A stretch of DNA of 31,986 nt. It comes from Pseudomonadales bacterium. GTDB lineage: Bacteria > Pseudomonadota > Gammaproteobacteria > Pseudomonadales > Azotimanducaceae. Every line of letters starts with the position of its first letter. Position 1 is the stretch's first letter. Below, in pieces: positions 16,285 to 25,584 of the stretch. The stretch covers positions 1 through 31,986 of the forward strand of contig JAYGEV010000253.1 in NCBI GenBank assembly GCA_046582225.1, in the 5' to 3' direction. The notes below the pieces were generated by a model that was given only the letters and a program-made list of their open reading frames with translations, made no database searches and had not been told where the DNA came from. Position numbers and translations under genes: made by a program.

Positions 16285-17139
16285 CTAGACGATCTCCAGC
16301 GCATCTCCGAGCTGGACCGGCCCGGGTTCCAGCACTGTCGCGTAGACTCCGAGATTGCCGCCGTTGGCTCGAACCAGCGCGCGCATGATCGTGGAGTCGC
16401 GGGGCAGCTCGGCAAAACCGTGCGTGGTCATGATGCAGCGAGGACACTCCATCTCCACCTGCAGCGTGGTGCCGCCAAGCCGGAGCGTTTTTCCGGCCCA
16501 TTCGTTCTCCGGGAAGGGTAGATCGACACTCAGATCGAACAGAAGGTTTGGCCGGAACCGACGTACGTCAATCTGTGAGTCGGGCGCGGCGCGTTGCATT
16601 GCTGCAAGGGAGTTGGTGCTCATCAACAACAGAGGGAACGCATCAAAATACGTTCCGAGCGGAGACTGGTACTTGAATATCTCCGCCGGAAACTGACTGA
16701 AATCCGGTAGCGGCTCATCAGCGGTTCGGGCGAAAATGGTGCGCAGCTCGGCTTCTGGATCGGCGTTGGGATCCCCCGGAGTTCGCAAATAGTGATCGAG
16801 TTGATCCTCCGGCATCAGCGGCCACAGCGATACGTCTATTCCCAGCAATCCTGACAGTACCGACCTGATCTGATCGTCGTCTGATTGGCATAGCGCCCCA
16901 TCGGGGCATCGGATCTCCACAGGCGGAGACGGTTGTGCCGTGGAAGGTTCGCTGAGCAATCGTGCCTCACAGCTCATCAGTTCCGGAAACCGTTTCCCGC
17001 CAACCAGCCCTTGCTCATCCTTCAGCGCCCAGGCGCGATCACCTGGAATGCCTTTAGCCGCGAGGCGAGTGCTGGTGAGGGTCTGGCCGCCCATGCTCTT
17101 TACCGGGTAGCGATAGATGCTTTGCAGTACGGCGCGCAT
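16285..17139 (-). CDS. MOSC-domain protein (MOSC_N plus MOSC)
   Basis: IYRYPVKSMGG, GDRAWAL, FDAFPLLL, RRFRPNL, CPRCIMTT, GVYATVLEPGPVQLGD. Confidence 0.9.
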   Translation of the reverse strand: MRAVLQSIYRYPVKSMGGQTLTSTRLAAKGIPGDRAWALKDEQGLVGGKRFPELMSCEARLLSEPSTAQPSPPVEIRCPDGALCQSDDDQIRSVLSGLLGIDVSLWPLMPEDQLDHYLRTPGDPNADPEAELRTIFARTADEPLPDFSQFPAEIFKYQSPLGTYFDAFPLLLMSTNSLAAMQRAAPDSQIDVRRFRPNLLFDLSVDLPFPENEWAGKTLRLGGTTLQVEMECPRCIMTTHGFAELPRDSTIMRALVRANGGNLGVYATVLEPGPVQLGDALEIV

Positions 17140-17160
17140 GACGGCAATCGGGGTCCTCGC

Positions 17161-17457
17161 TCAGTGCAGGGTAGGCCAGGCGTAATCGAGCTCGGTTGCC
17201 AGCTGTTCGGCTTTCTCGAGAATGCGCGAAATCAGCACGTCAGCGTCGCTGGAAAAGTGAAATCCCACGGCCGCGGACGTGGAGAGTTCCAGGATTGGGG
17301 TGGCAAGCTCCATATCGTGGCGTGCGTGGTACAGTGAGCGGCGGATGCGCGCGAAGTATGCGCACTGGGTAGCGCATCCCTCGGCGTCCAGCTGCACGAT
17401 GAGCCGATCGAGCAGCGGTCCGATCACGTTTCTCGCCTCTGTGGTTCGTTGCATCAT
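17161..17457 (-). CDS. Hypothetical protein (~98 aa)
   Basis: Fills the gap between HAD and MOSC on the same strand. GGAG precedes ATGATG at 17457/17454. No family recognised. Confidence 0.65.
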   Translation of the reverse strand: MMQRTTEARNVIGPLLDRLIVQLDAEGCATQCAYFARIRRSLYHARHDMELATPILELSTSAAVGFHFSSDADVLISRILEKAEQLATELDYAWPTLH

Positions 17458-17603
17458 CGTCTCCAATCACTTGGAACCACTCATTCCAGGTCGCGATTTT
17501 GACCCGTGCGAGCTCGGAAGGCCAGACGATCAGTCATTCAAAATGCGCCGATGTTGGGTACAGCCTGCCAACGCGCGGTGCATACAGCGATTGCGGAGAT
17601 TCA

Positions 17604-18272
17604 TCAGGTGACCTGATAAGTGAGCCCCCGAACGCTGTCCAGAACAATGTCGGCGCCGGCTTCCTGTAATCGTTCGAGACTGCTGCTGCCGGAAAGGACC
17701 CCCACGCAGAGCATGCCGAGTTGCTTGCCCACACGCATGTCCATCTGGCCATCGCCGATCATTGCTGCGAGTTTGGGGGCAACACCCATGGTGCGCAGTG
17801 CTTGAGTGACGTGTCGAATATCCGGCTTCAGGAACTCGGCGTTATCGCGTGCGAGCACTGTCTCGCAGAAGTCGTCAATATCGTTAAAGACGGTACGCAC
17901 TGCCAGCTCGCAGTTGCGCGTGACCACGCCAAGCCGTTTGCCGGTGGATTTCAGCTCACCCAGCATTTCGCGTACGCCGGGAAATGGTTCGGTTTTCGCA
18001 GCGGCTGCGAGTTCGAATTCGGTGATCAGGCCATGGGCGGTGGCGTGATAGGCATTTGCTGTTCCTGGATCGTTTTCTCCGAGCCATAGGGTTGCGGCTT
18101 CGATGATCTCGACGATAAACGATGTCTCGAACTCGTTGCGGGGAACGCCGCTCGCGACGGTGAGCGCGATCACCTGGCGGCGCATGTCCGGTAGATCGAG
18201 ATTCGGCGCGAGGGTGCCGTCGAAGTCGAAGATGAACGATTGCGCCCGAGCCAGTTTATCGACCGCGTTCAA
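17604..18272 (-). CDS. HAD-family hydrolase (phosphoglycolate-phosphatase-like)
   Basis: Motif I DFDGT, motif II VVTRN, motif III KP, motif IV GDGQMD. The TTG start overlaps the upstream stop (TTGA). Confidence 0.88.
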   Translation of the reverse strand: MNAVDKLARAQSFIFDFDGTLAPNLDLPDMRRQVIALTVASGVPRNEFETSFIVEIIEAATLWLGENDPGTANAYHATAHGLITEFELAAAAKTEPFPGVREMLGELKSTGKRLGVVTRNCELAVRTVFNDIDDFCETVLARDNAEFLKPDIRHVTQALRTMGVAPKLAAMIGDGQMDMRVGKQLGMLCVGVLSGSSSLERLQEAGADIVLDSVRGLTYQVT

Positions 18273-18544
18273 TCCTGCTGCAGTTCGACTTTGTCGTAGA
18301 TGGCGGTGACCTGTTCGAAATTGATGATCAGCGAGTGGGAGAGGTGCTTGTCCGGGTCGTGCAGGTGATATTTAAAACGCTTCTGCTTTTCGCCTTGCAT
18401 GAACGCATCGTAGTCTCTGCTCAACTCGCGCACATCGCTGACGATATCGGTGCTCCAGGTGGCTCTAAATGGGCCCAATATGGCGCCGCCCTGCAGACAC
18501 ACTGTGATCTCGTGATTGGTCAGTTTGGTGTCATCTTCGCTCAT
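18269..18544 (-). CDS. Hypothetical protein (91 aa)
   Basis: Coupled to the HAD gene by a 4-nt overlap, with protein-like composition and a TATGCT -10-like box upstream. No family recognised. Confidence 0.7.
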   Translation of the reverse strand: MSEDDTKLTNHEITVCLQGGAILGPFRATWSTDIVSDVRELSRDYDAFMQGEKQKRFKYHLHDPDKHLSHSLIINFEQVTAIYDKVELQQD

Positions 18545-18705
18545 CGTCGCTGTCCCCACCCGCCGGTTGGCTCTCCAGCCCAAGCATACCGCCGGTTACG
18601 CTGAATCGTACAGGTTCTTATTGCCTGCCCGATTCAAGGCCAGGGTTTGGGCGGATGAGTCGCGATTGTGTGTCACGGGTACGAAATTCGGATGCTTGTC
18701 AGCCA

Positions 18706-20511
18706 CTACTGACCCCCGCCTGATCGGTTCTGTGAAGATTGGGCGACTGCGAACCGTTTTTCGCGACGGTATGGGAACACATCCATCACTTGTCCTTTGA
18801 TGATCGCCTGCTGCACGTTGCGCCAGTATTCGGGATCGAACAACTCTCCATGCATCTCGGAAAACAGCTGTTTGATCTTCTTTCGGCCAAAAAGAAAGCG
18901 GCAAAACTCCTCGGGAAATACGTCGTTTGCCGCCACCGAGAACCAGGGCTCGGCAGACATCTCGTCCTCCAGGGTTCTGGCCACCGGAAGTGCGCGGAAA
19001 TTGACGTCGGTGAGACAGCAGATCGCGTCATAGTCGTAGAACACGACCCTGCGATGGCGAGTTACCCCGAAGTTCTTCAACAGCATGTCGCCGGGAAAGA
19101 TGTTGGCGGCCGCGAGCTGTTTGATTGCGGTGCCATACTCATCAAGCACATCCCGCAATTCCGAATCGGCTGCGGTTTCTATATAGAGGTTCAAAGGCGT
19201 CATCAGACGTTCGGTGTACAGATGCCTGATCAGAACCTCGTCGTCGGTGACGGTGACCGACGATGCAGCGACGGTTGGCAACTCGCTGAGCAGCTCTGGA
19301 CCGAATCGATTCCGCGGAAACGCCAGATTCTAAAATTCCTGAGTGTCCGCCATGCGCCCCACGCGATCGTGTCTCTTCACCACTTGATACTTCTCGCGTA
19401 CCTGCCTGGCGGTCGTGCTCTTCGGTGCGGCGAACTCGTCTTTGATGACCTTAAAGACGGTCTGCAGGGAGGGCAGCGAAAAAACGCTCATGACCATGCC
19501 GCGGGTACCCGGCGCGATGATGAACGGGTCATTGGAATGCGCCAGGTGTTCCAGAAAGTCTCGGTAGAAAACGGTCTTGCCATGTTTGTGCAGGCCAATG
19601 GAGGCGTACAGCTCGGCGCGTTTTTTGTTCGGCAACAGAGTCTGAAGAAAATCCACCAGCGCGCAGGGATGTTCGGTATGCACCATGAAGTAGGCGCGGG
19701 TAAAGCTGAACATTACCGACGGCCCGTCTTCGTCGCTGATCAACGCACCCAGGTACAGTCGACCTGAATCATCTAAAAGCAGCGGTAGTGCAAGCGGCCA
19801 CAGACGCTCACGACTGTCCTGTGGGTAGCGCACCCGGCCGATCAGGTAGGCACCCTTGTTGCGATAAAATACGCCGCGCAGAATTTCCAGCCGCAGGCCT
19901 TCGCTGTCGAGGACACCGGCGCGTTGATCGACCATTGTTCGCAGAATATTTTTCGCGTCCCGCTCGAGGTTTTGCCACGGCATCGTGAAGCTGAAATCTC
20001 GCAGTACCATGCGTGCCAGATCGAGAATGCTCTGCCCGGTGGCATAGGAGTTGAATATCGGCCGCTCCGGTTCCACCGGAGGTGTGGGGAACACGCTGGT
20101 CACGAACATCTCGCTGTCGCTCACCGCACTGTCGCTTGTGATATTCCGGTGTACGGAGTTGTAGAAAGTCTCAAATAACTCGGCGTTGTATTGTGTTCCG
20201 ATCAGGCGCAGGTAGGCGGCTTTGGTTGCCTGCCACAGAGCTGGTCCGAATTCGGAATTTCCAAGGACTTCTCTGATCGCGCCAGACACACCGTCCAGAT
20301 GCGAGTGGTAAATCGCCTGGCGTTCCTGTCCTGCGCGCTGAACGCCTGGCCAGTCACGATTTTCGAATCGTGTCTGGGCGCCCAGGGTTACCGCCTGAAA
20401 ATCTGCACGATAAGCCTGAAACCCGGAAAAAATTGTCAGCGCGATCCAGCCTCCCAGTGAGCCGATGCGCGCCTGCCCGTGGGTAGGGTCGCCGGTGGGT
20501 TGGCTAGTCAC
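18706..20511 (-). pseudogene. aceK: Isocitrate dehydrogenase kinase/phosphatase interrupted by in-frame TAG at 19330-19332
   Basis: ORFs 19330..20595 and 18706..19281 share a frame. Motifs [56 protein letters not shown] and [13 protein letters not shown]...VVFYDYD. The probable GTG start at 20511 overlaps the upstream SDR stop. Confidence 0.9.
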
Positions 20512-21386
20512 GGGGTGTTGCGCCTGAAGCGGGCTGCTCGAGACCAACCACCTCCAGGCTCTTCTGCCATAGACGGTGCTGAGCGCATCGGTCAAGGGCG
20601 CGAGCTGAAGGCGCGATGATGTTCTGGTCTGCGTCGTAGTACTGACCGGTAATATCGCGGACCTCTGGCGACAGTGCCAGGTAGATCGTGGTGGCGGCGC
20701 CTTGCTCAGGGGTACGCATCAGGCCTTTCACCCGTTTTGCGGCCCAATGCAGGATTGGGCTGTTGCGAGGCACGATGTTGGACGCGACGATGCCCGGATG
20801 CAGGCAGTTTGCGGTGACGGCCGTGCCTTGTAGAACACGTGCCAGAGTCAGCGTGGTCATCACGTTGGCCAGTTTCGAGCGTGAGTAGGGTTTTGGCCAT
20901 CTATAGCGCTTGCCTGGCGTCAGGTGTTCGAGATCAAGTACCCCGGATCCGTGGAAGTTAGAGGCGAGGTTGACGATGCGCGCTCGCGGCGCGGAGCGTT
21001 CCAAGCAGCAACTGGGTCAGCAGAAAAGGGGCCAGGTGATTGGTTGCAAACGTCAGTTCAATACCGTCGGCGGATAACTCGGGTTTCGCGGTAATCATTC
21101 CGGCATTGTTGATCAGCATGTCCAGAGATTGGTGGCTGGCGGTAACCTCGCTGGCGCAGGCTCGGATCGAGGCCATCGAAGCGAGGTCACACTGCACGCT
21201 GGATACGTTTTCATTGCCGGTGGTCTCGCGCAGGTGCTGCTCGATCAGCCGACTGCGTTGCGGACTGCGATTTGCCATCACGATTGTGTGACCCGCAAGA
21301 GCGATCGACCGCGCCGTTGCAAGGCCGATGCCATGCGTTGTGCCGGTAATGAGGCAGGTGCGGCTCAGCGGTGTCGATGTCGCCAT
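20504..21386 (-). pseudogene. Retinol-dehydrogenase-like SDR split by a frameshift near 21002
   Basis: The N-half (TGTTHGIG, LINNAG, TNHLAPFLLTQLL) and the C-half (ERSAPRARIVN, YSRSK, LHPG, GAATTIYLA) are in different frames and join at ctg ctt g gaa cgc. Confidence 0.85.
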
Positions 21387-21706
21387 CGCGCCTCCCGGGT
21401 CGACGCGATACGGCCGCGAAACCGGTGCACGGCAATGTAGCCGAGCGCGCCACCGCTGATGATGGCGAGCGCCGGATATGCACGGCCCGTGATCCAGTCC
21501 GGGTCCAGCGGGTCGGAGTGAATGGCGGTCAGCAGCGCTGCGCCCAGCAGCACGGCGGCGGCATTCTGCACCATCAACCAGGCCGCGATTGCCATTGCGA
21601 TAGGCACGAGCAGCCGATGCACGGGCGAGCCGCTGGCCGCGTCATACAGCAACACCGCAACGCCCAGCAGTACCACGCCCGCGAAACGCCCGGGTAGGTT
21701 CTTCAT
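21365..21706 (-). CDS. Hypothetical membrane protein (113 aa, about 3-4 TM helices)
   Basis: Strongly hydrophobic with a basic C-terminus, same strand as its neighbours. AAGGTGA upstream. Confidence 0.75.
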   Translation of the reverse strand: MKNLPGRFAGVVLLGVAVLLYDAASGSPVHRLLVPIAMAIAAWLMVQNAAAVLLGAALLTAIHSDPLDPDWITGRAYPALAIISGGALGYIAVHRFRGRIASTREARWRHRHR

Positions 21707-21756
21707 GGACGAAGCATCACCTTTTATCGGTCAGAAAAGATCGGTCAGAAAAATCG

Positions 21757-22545
21757 TCACGACAAAATGTCCAATGCGCCGCCATCCACGCGGATGTTCT
21801 GGCCGTGGATGCCATCGGCGAGCGGGCTGGCCAGAAACGCGACGAGATCGGCAACTTCTTCGCGCCGTACGATTCGGCCGATGGGAATATCCCTGGCAAC
21901 ATGCGGCTCGATCTCGTCCCAGGTTGTGCCCCACCCTTTGCGCCTGCCTCGCTCCAGGTACGCGGCTTCCACCTCCGGTGTCAGAATCAAACCCGGAGAC
22001 ACCAGATTGACGCGGATGCCGGTACCGGCGGCCTCTTTGGCGAGGCTGATCGTCATGGTCGCCAGCGCGCCTTTCGAGGCGTAATAGTGCGGCATGCGGC
22101 TGTTGGGGCGGGTTGATCCTACGGTGCCGAGGTTGATGATCCGTCCCCAGCCATGATCGCGCATCTGTGGCAGAAAGCTTCGGATCATGCGCTGGGCGGA
22201 TAGCACGTTCTTCTGATACGCGTCCAGCCAGTCTTCGCTGTCGCTGTCCTGCCAGCTGCCCGAGTCCGCGGTCCCATAGTTGTTGACAAGTATGTCAACG
22301 CACCGCTTGCCCAGCCGGTCGACGATGGCGTTGCTGACGGCTTGTGCACCGCTATCCGTTGTCAGATCCCCGGTGACCGGCTCGCCGAATTCGAGCTCTG
22401 CGACGGCAGCTTCGGCCTGACCCGGGGCAAGGCCATGCACAAATACCCGCGCGCCCTCGCGTGCAAGGTGGCTGGCGATGATGAGCCCGGTACCCCGGTA
22501 GCTGCCGGTCACAAGGGCGGTCTTTCCTGCAAGCTTGAGATCCAA
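21757..22545 (-). CDS. Classical SDR oxidoreductase (FabG-like)
   Basis: VTGSYRGTG, ILVNNYG, YYASK, VSPG, GQNIRVDGG. AGGAG precedes the TTG start. Confidence 0.9.
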   Translation of the reverse strand: MDLKLAGKTALVTGSYRGTGLIIASHLAREGARVFVHGLAPGQAEAAVAELEFGEPVTGDLTTDSGAQAVSNAIVDRLGKRCVDILVNNYGTADSGSWQDSDSEDWLDAYQKNVLSAQRMIRSFLPQMRDHGWGRIINLGTVGSTRPNSRMPHYYASKGALATMTISLAKEAAGTGIRVNLVSPGLILTPEVEAAYLERGRRKGWGTTWDEIEPHVARDIPIGRIVRREEVADLVAFLASPLADGIHGQNIRVDGGALDILS

Positions 22546-22620
22546 CGACGGCTCCTGGCGATCGGCCGATCATGGCTGAACTGACCGGACTATATCGCAC
22601 CAAACATACCGGCGCGCGCT

Positions 22621-22626
22621 TATACT
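22621..22626 (+). promoter_or_regulatory. -10 element (TATACT) 9 nt upstream of the TauE-family ATG; leaderless-like
   Basis: TATACT-cgccgcccc-ATG with no SD. Confidence 0.5.
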
Positions 22627-22635
22627 CGCCGCCCC

Positions 22636-23391
22636 ATGGATGCATGGACGTTAACGGTATTTCTGGTCGGGGTGCTGCTGGGCAGCTATGTGCAATCGGT
22701 AACCGGGTTTGCCATGGGCATGATCCTGATCGCGCTGGTCACTTCAACCCAGACCCTCGGGGTTCCGGTGGCCGCAGCCGTGGTGAGCCTGCTGTCGCTG
22801 GTCAATGTGCTGATGGCGATACGTGGCCACGTACGTGCCATCGAACGCCGTCTGTTTATCGGGCTTGCGGTGGGCCAGCTGCCGGCAATCTGGGTCGGCG
22901 TGTGGCTGCTCGATCGCCTGCACGGCAATGAGCGTTGGCTGCTCGAACTGGCGTTGGGTGCATTCATTGTGTTCGGCAGCCTGTCGATGCTGATTCGGCC
23001 GCGGCCGCGTCGGGATGTTTCGCCACCGCTGGCATGTGTCGGAGCCGGACTTGCTGCGGGTCTGTTCGGTGGTCTGTTTTCGGCATCGGGGCCGATCATG
23101 GGCTGGTTCACTTATCGCCAGCCGCTGGGGGTCAACGTCATTCGCGCAACGCTGCTGGGTCCCTTCATTCTCACCACCTCGGTTCGCACTGCGATTGTTG
23201 GGGTGCAAGGGGCGCTGACGGCGGAAGTCTGGATCCTGGCCGCCGTCGGCATGCCTGGGGTGGTGTTCGGTACCTGGGCGGGAGGGCGGTTTCGTCCGCC
23301 GCTTTCCGACTCGGGCATGAAGCGATTGGCCTTCGGGCTGTTACTGTCGCTGGGTGCGTGGATCCTGGTTAGAGCCGCACTATCGTTCTAG
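22636..23391 (+). CDS. Sulfite exporter TauE/SafE family membrane protein
   Basis: About 8 TM helices with VQSVTGFAMG and AGLFGGLFSASGP motifs. Confidence 0.88.
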   Translation: MDAWTLTVFLVGVLLGSYVQSVTGFAMGMILIALVTSTQTLGVPVAAAVVSLLSLVNVLMAIRGHVRAIERRLFIGLAVGQLPAIWVGVWLLDRLHGNERWLLELALGAFIVFGSLSMLIRPRPRRDVSPPLACVGAGLAAGLFGGLFSASGPIMGWFTYRQPLGVNVIRATLLGPFILTTSVRTAIVGVQGALTAEVWILAAVGMPGVVFGTWAGGRFRPPLSDSGMKRLAFGLLLSLGAWILVRAALSF

Positions 23392-24386
23392 CGCCGGCGA
23401 GCCTTGTGTAACTTAGCCATGAGCGCAAACAGTTGCGGCACGCTGGTGGGCTCTGGGTCGCCGGCGAACTCCTTGTACAGCACCGCCACGTTTACCGCGA
23501 TGCGTTCAGCATCACCCCAGGAGTCAAAGTCGGTCAGCGAGATGTCCAACGCGGCTTCTTCTGCGGGCATGTTGGCGTCGAAACGCTTGCGCGCTTCGTC
23601 GCGAATGTAGGTGAGGTAATCGCGCACTGCCTGCACGCCCCGTTTGTCGGTGATCGGGCCGTGACCGGGCACCACGTTTTCCAGCTCGAGGGAAAGCATG
23701 TAGTCACAGGCATCGATCCAGTTGGCGATCGGTCCTGCCCACAAAATGGGGTGGCCCTCGATGAAAAGAATGTCGCCGGTGAAGATGAGCCGTTCTTTGG
23801 GTACGTAGGCCAGAATGTCGCCGGCGGTGTGTGCCGGCCCGACCTGTTTCAGCACGACGTCTTTATCACCGACTTTGACTTCGAGCTCGCCTTCGAAGGT
23901 TCGGGTGGGCAGCGTGGGGTGGATGTCGGTGAAATCGAAAGCGCCGAAGCAGTGCACAAAAAACTCGCCAACTTCTCCCATCTCGGGCGCACGCTTCATC
24001 ATTTTGAGCATCATGGCCGGATCTTCGTTGGCCAGCTCCTGTGCACATGCCTTCGAAGCAATGATCTCGGCGCCGGTGACCAGATCATTGCCGTTGCAAT
24101 GGTCGCCGTTGGCATGGGTGTTGACGAGCGTATTGAACTGATTTGTTGCGCTCGGCGCGGCATCACGCATCGCCCTGAGCATTTCCCGAGTGAGAGATTT
24201 GTCGAACAGCGTATCGACCAGCAGCGACTGATCACCATCGACTATCAGGCCAGCGTTGGACCAGCCCCAGCTGCCGTCTGGTTGCAGCCAGGCGTACCCG
24301 CCATTGCCCAGGTCGTGCAGACCGCGTTCGAAAGGTCGAATGCCTAATCCCATCACCTCGTCCCCGCTGGTGAGCTGGCCCGACAT
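23388..24386 (-). CDS. MBL-fold metallo-hydrolase (cyclase-like); alternative start ATG 24353
   Basis: WGWSNAGLI, LLVDTLFD, NTHANGDHCNGN, AHTAGD, FTGDILF, VVPGHGP. Confidence 0.88.
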   Translation of the reverse strand: MSGQLTSGDEVMGLGIRPFERGLHDLGNGGYAWLQPDGSWGWSNAGLIVDGDQSLLVDTLFDKSLTREMLRAMRDAAPSATNQFNTLVNTHANGDHCNGNDLVTGAEIIASKACAQELANEDPAMMLKMMKRAPEMGEVGEFFVHCFGAFDFTDIHPTLPTRTFEGELEVKVGDKDVVLKQVGPAHTAGDILAYVPKERLIFTGDILFIEGHPILWAGPIANWIDACDYMLSLELENVVPGHGPITDKRGVQAVRDYLTYIRDEARKRFDANMPAEEAALDISLTDFDSWGDAERIAVNVAVLYKEFAGDPEPTSVPQLFALMAKLHKARRR

Positions 24387-24438
24387 GGTAGTAGAAAAAA
24401 ATTCTGAGAGCGCGGCTTGTTTTCTAGTGAATTCTGGC

Positions 24439-24444
24439 TAACGT
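24439..24444 (+). promoter_or_regulatory. -10 element (TAACGT) 6 nt upstream of the acyltransferase ATG; leaderless-like
   Basis: TAACGT-gctggc-ATG with no SD. Confidence 0.4.
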
Positions 24445-24450
24445 GCTGGC

Positions 24451-25584
24451 ATGCAGGACTTCGAGGCGATTCGCCCCTATCAGGATGCCGAGGTGCCCGC
24501 CGTGATGAAGCGGCTGGTGGCCGATGAGGGTCTGAATCGCGCGGTGTGTGTGTTTCTGTTGCCCTGGCTGGCGGCACGGTTTCCCGATTTCGCGCGTGGG
24601 TTGATACGAACCTACCTCACCTGCAAAACCCGCAACCTGACAACCGTGCAGGATGTGCAGCTGTTTTTCTCGGATTACATGCGGCGTCTCATCGAAAAGA
24701 CGATCGTTGAGCTCAGTGTGACCGGCCTGGAACACCTGCCAACCAATCAGACGTATCTGTATATGTCAAACCATCGCGACATCGTTATGGATTCGTGCCT
24801 GCTCAACTATGTGATTTATCACGCGGGATATGACACATCGCGAAGCGCGGTGGGCGACAACCTCCTCAGCGAGCCCTACGCCGCCGATCTGATGCGATTG
24901 AATAAAAGTTTTGTGGTGGAGCGCAGCGCGACGAGCAAGCGTGCCGGGTATCAGGTGTTGTTGAAAACGTCGCGCTACATCCGGCATTCCCTGGAGGAAG
25001 GTGCTTCGGTGTGGATTGCTCAGCGTGAAGGGCGTTCGAAAGATGGATTCGACCGAACCGATCCGGCGTTGCTGAAAATGCTGGCACTGGCGTACCGCGG
25101 AGACATCGAAGGATTCACCGAGCTGGCCGGCAAAATTCGTATCGTGCCGGTGGCCATCTCCTACGAACTCGACCCCTGCGATCTGCGCAAGGCCCACGAG
25201 CTCTATCTCACTGAAGAGTTTGGTTCCTACACCAAACCTCCTGACGAAGATCTGCGCAGCATTGTTGATGGCATGATCGGTTTCAAAGGCCGTGTACATT
25301 TGCACTTTTCCCCGCCGGTTCGGGGCGACTTCGAAGACGTCGAATCACTGGCGCGGGAAATTGATCGATTGATCGTTGCCGGGCTCAAGATTTTCCCCAC
25401 TCAAGTCAGTGCGGCCGAGCACCTTGGGCTGCAGGCGACCTCGTCGGTGAAGGCCATCGCGTCGGTGGAGGCGGCGTTCCAGGCTCGCCTCGACAGCTGT
25501 CCGGTCCCTGAGCAGCCCTACCTGCTGGCGAGCTACGCTAACGTGTTGCGCAACCGCGACGAGCTCAGCTCACCGTCAACGTAG
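24451..25584 (+). CDS. Glycerol-phosphate/lysophospholipid acyltransferase (PlsC-like, long form)
   Basis: HX4D motif SNHRDIVMD, plus VGDNLL, LMRLNKSFVVER, IAQREGRSKDG and YELDPCD. Confidence 0.88.
   Translation: MQDFEAIRPYQDAEVPAVMKRLVADEGLNRAVCVFLLPWLAARFPDFARGLIRTYLTCKTRNLTTVQDVQLFFSDYMRRLIEKTIVELSVTGLEHLPTNQTYLYMSNHRDIVMDSCLLNYVIYHAGYDTSRSAVGDNLLSEPYAADLMRLNKSFVVERSATSKRAGYQVLLKTSRYIRHSLEEGASVWIAQREGRSKDGFDRTDPALLKMLALAYRGDIEGFTELAGKIRIVPVAISYELDPCDLRKAHELYLTEEFGSYTKPPDEDLRSIVDGMIGFKGRVHLHFSPPVRGDFEDVESLAREIDRLIVAGLKIFPTQVSAAEHLGLQATSSVKAIASVEAAFQARLDSCPVPEQPYLLASYANVLRNRDELSSPST

Noticed and set aside
18544-18904. A longer gene formed by reading through TAA 18596-18598 into the 91-aa orphan (same frame)
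   Set aside because: The intervening translation is not protein-like and contains a -10-like TATGCT. The upstream part of the 18596..18904 ORF overlaps aceK.
19330-19332. Stop-codon recoding (pyrrolysine or TAG reassignment) as the explanation for the aceK and LysR stops
   Set aside because: TAG terminates normal genes here (aceK itself at 18706, TauE at 23391, ACAD at 29645), the LysR stop is TAA, and there are no pyl or sel genes in the window.
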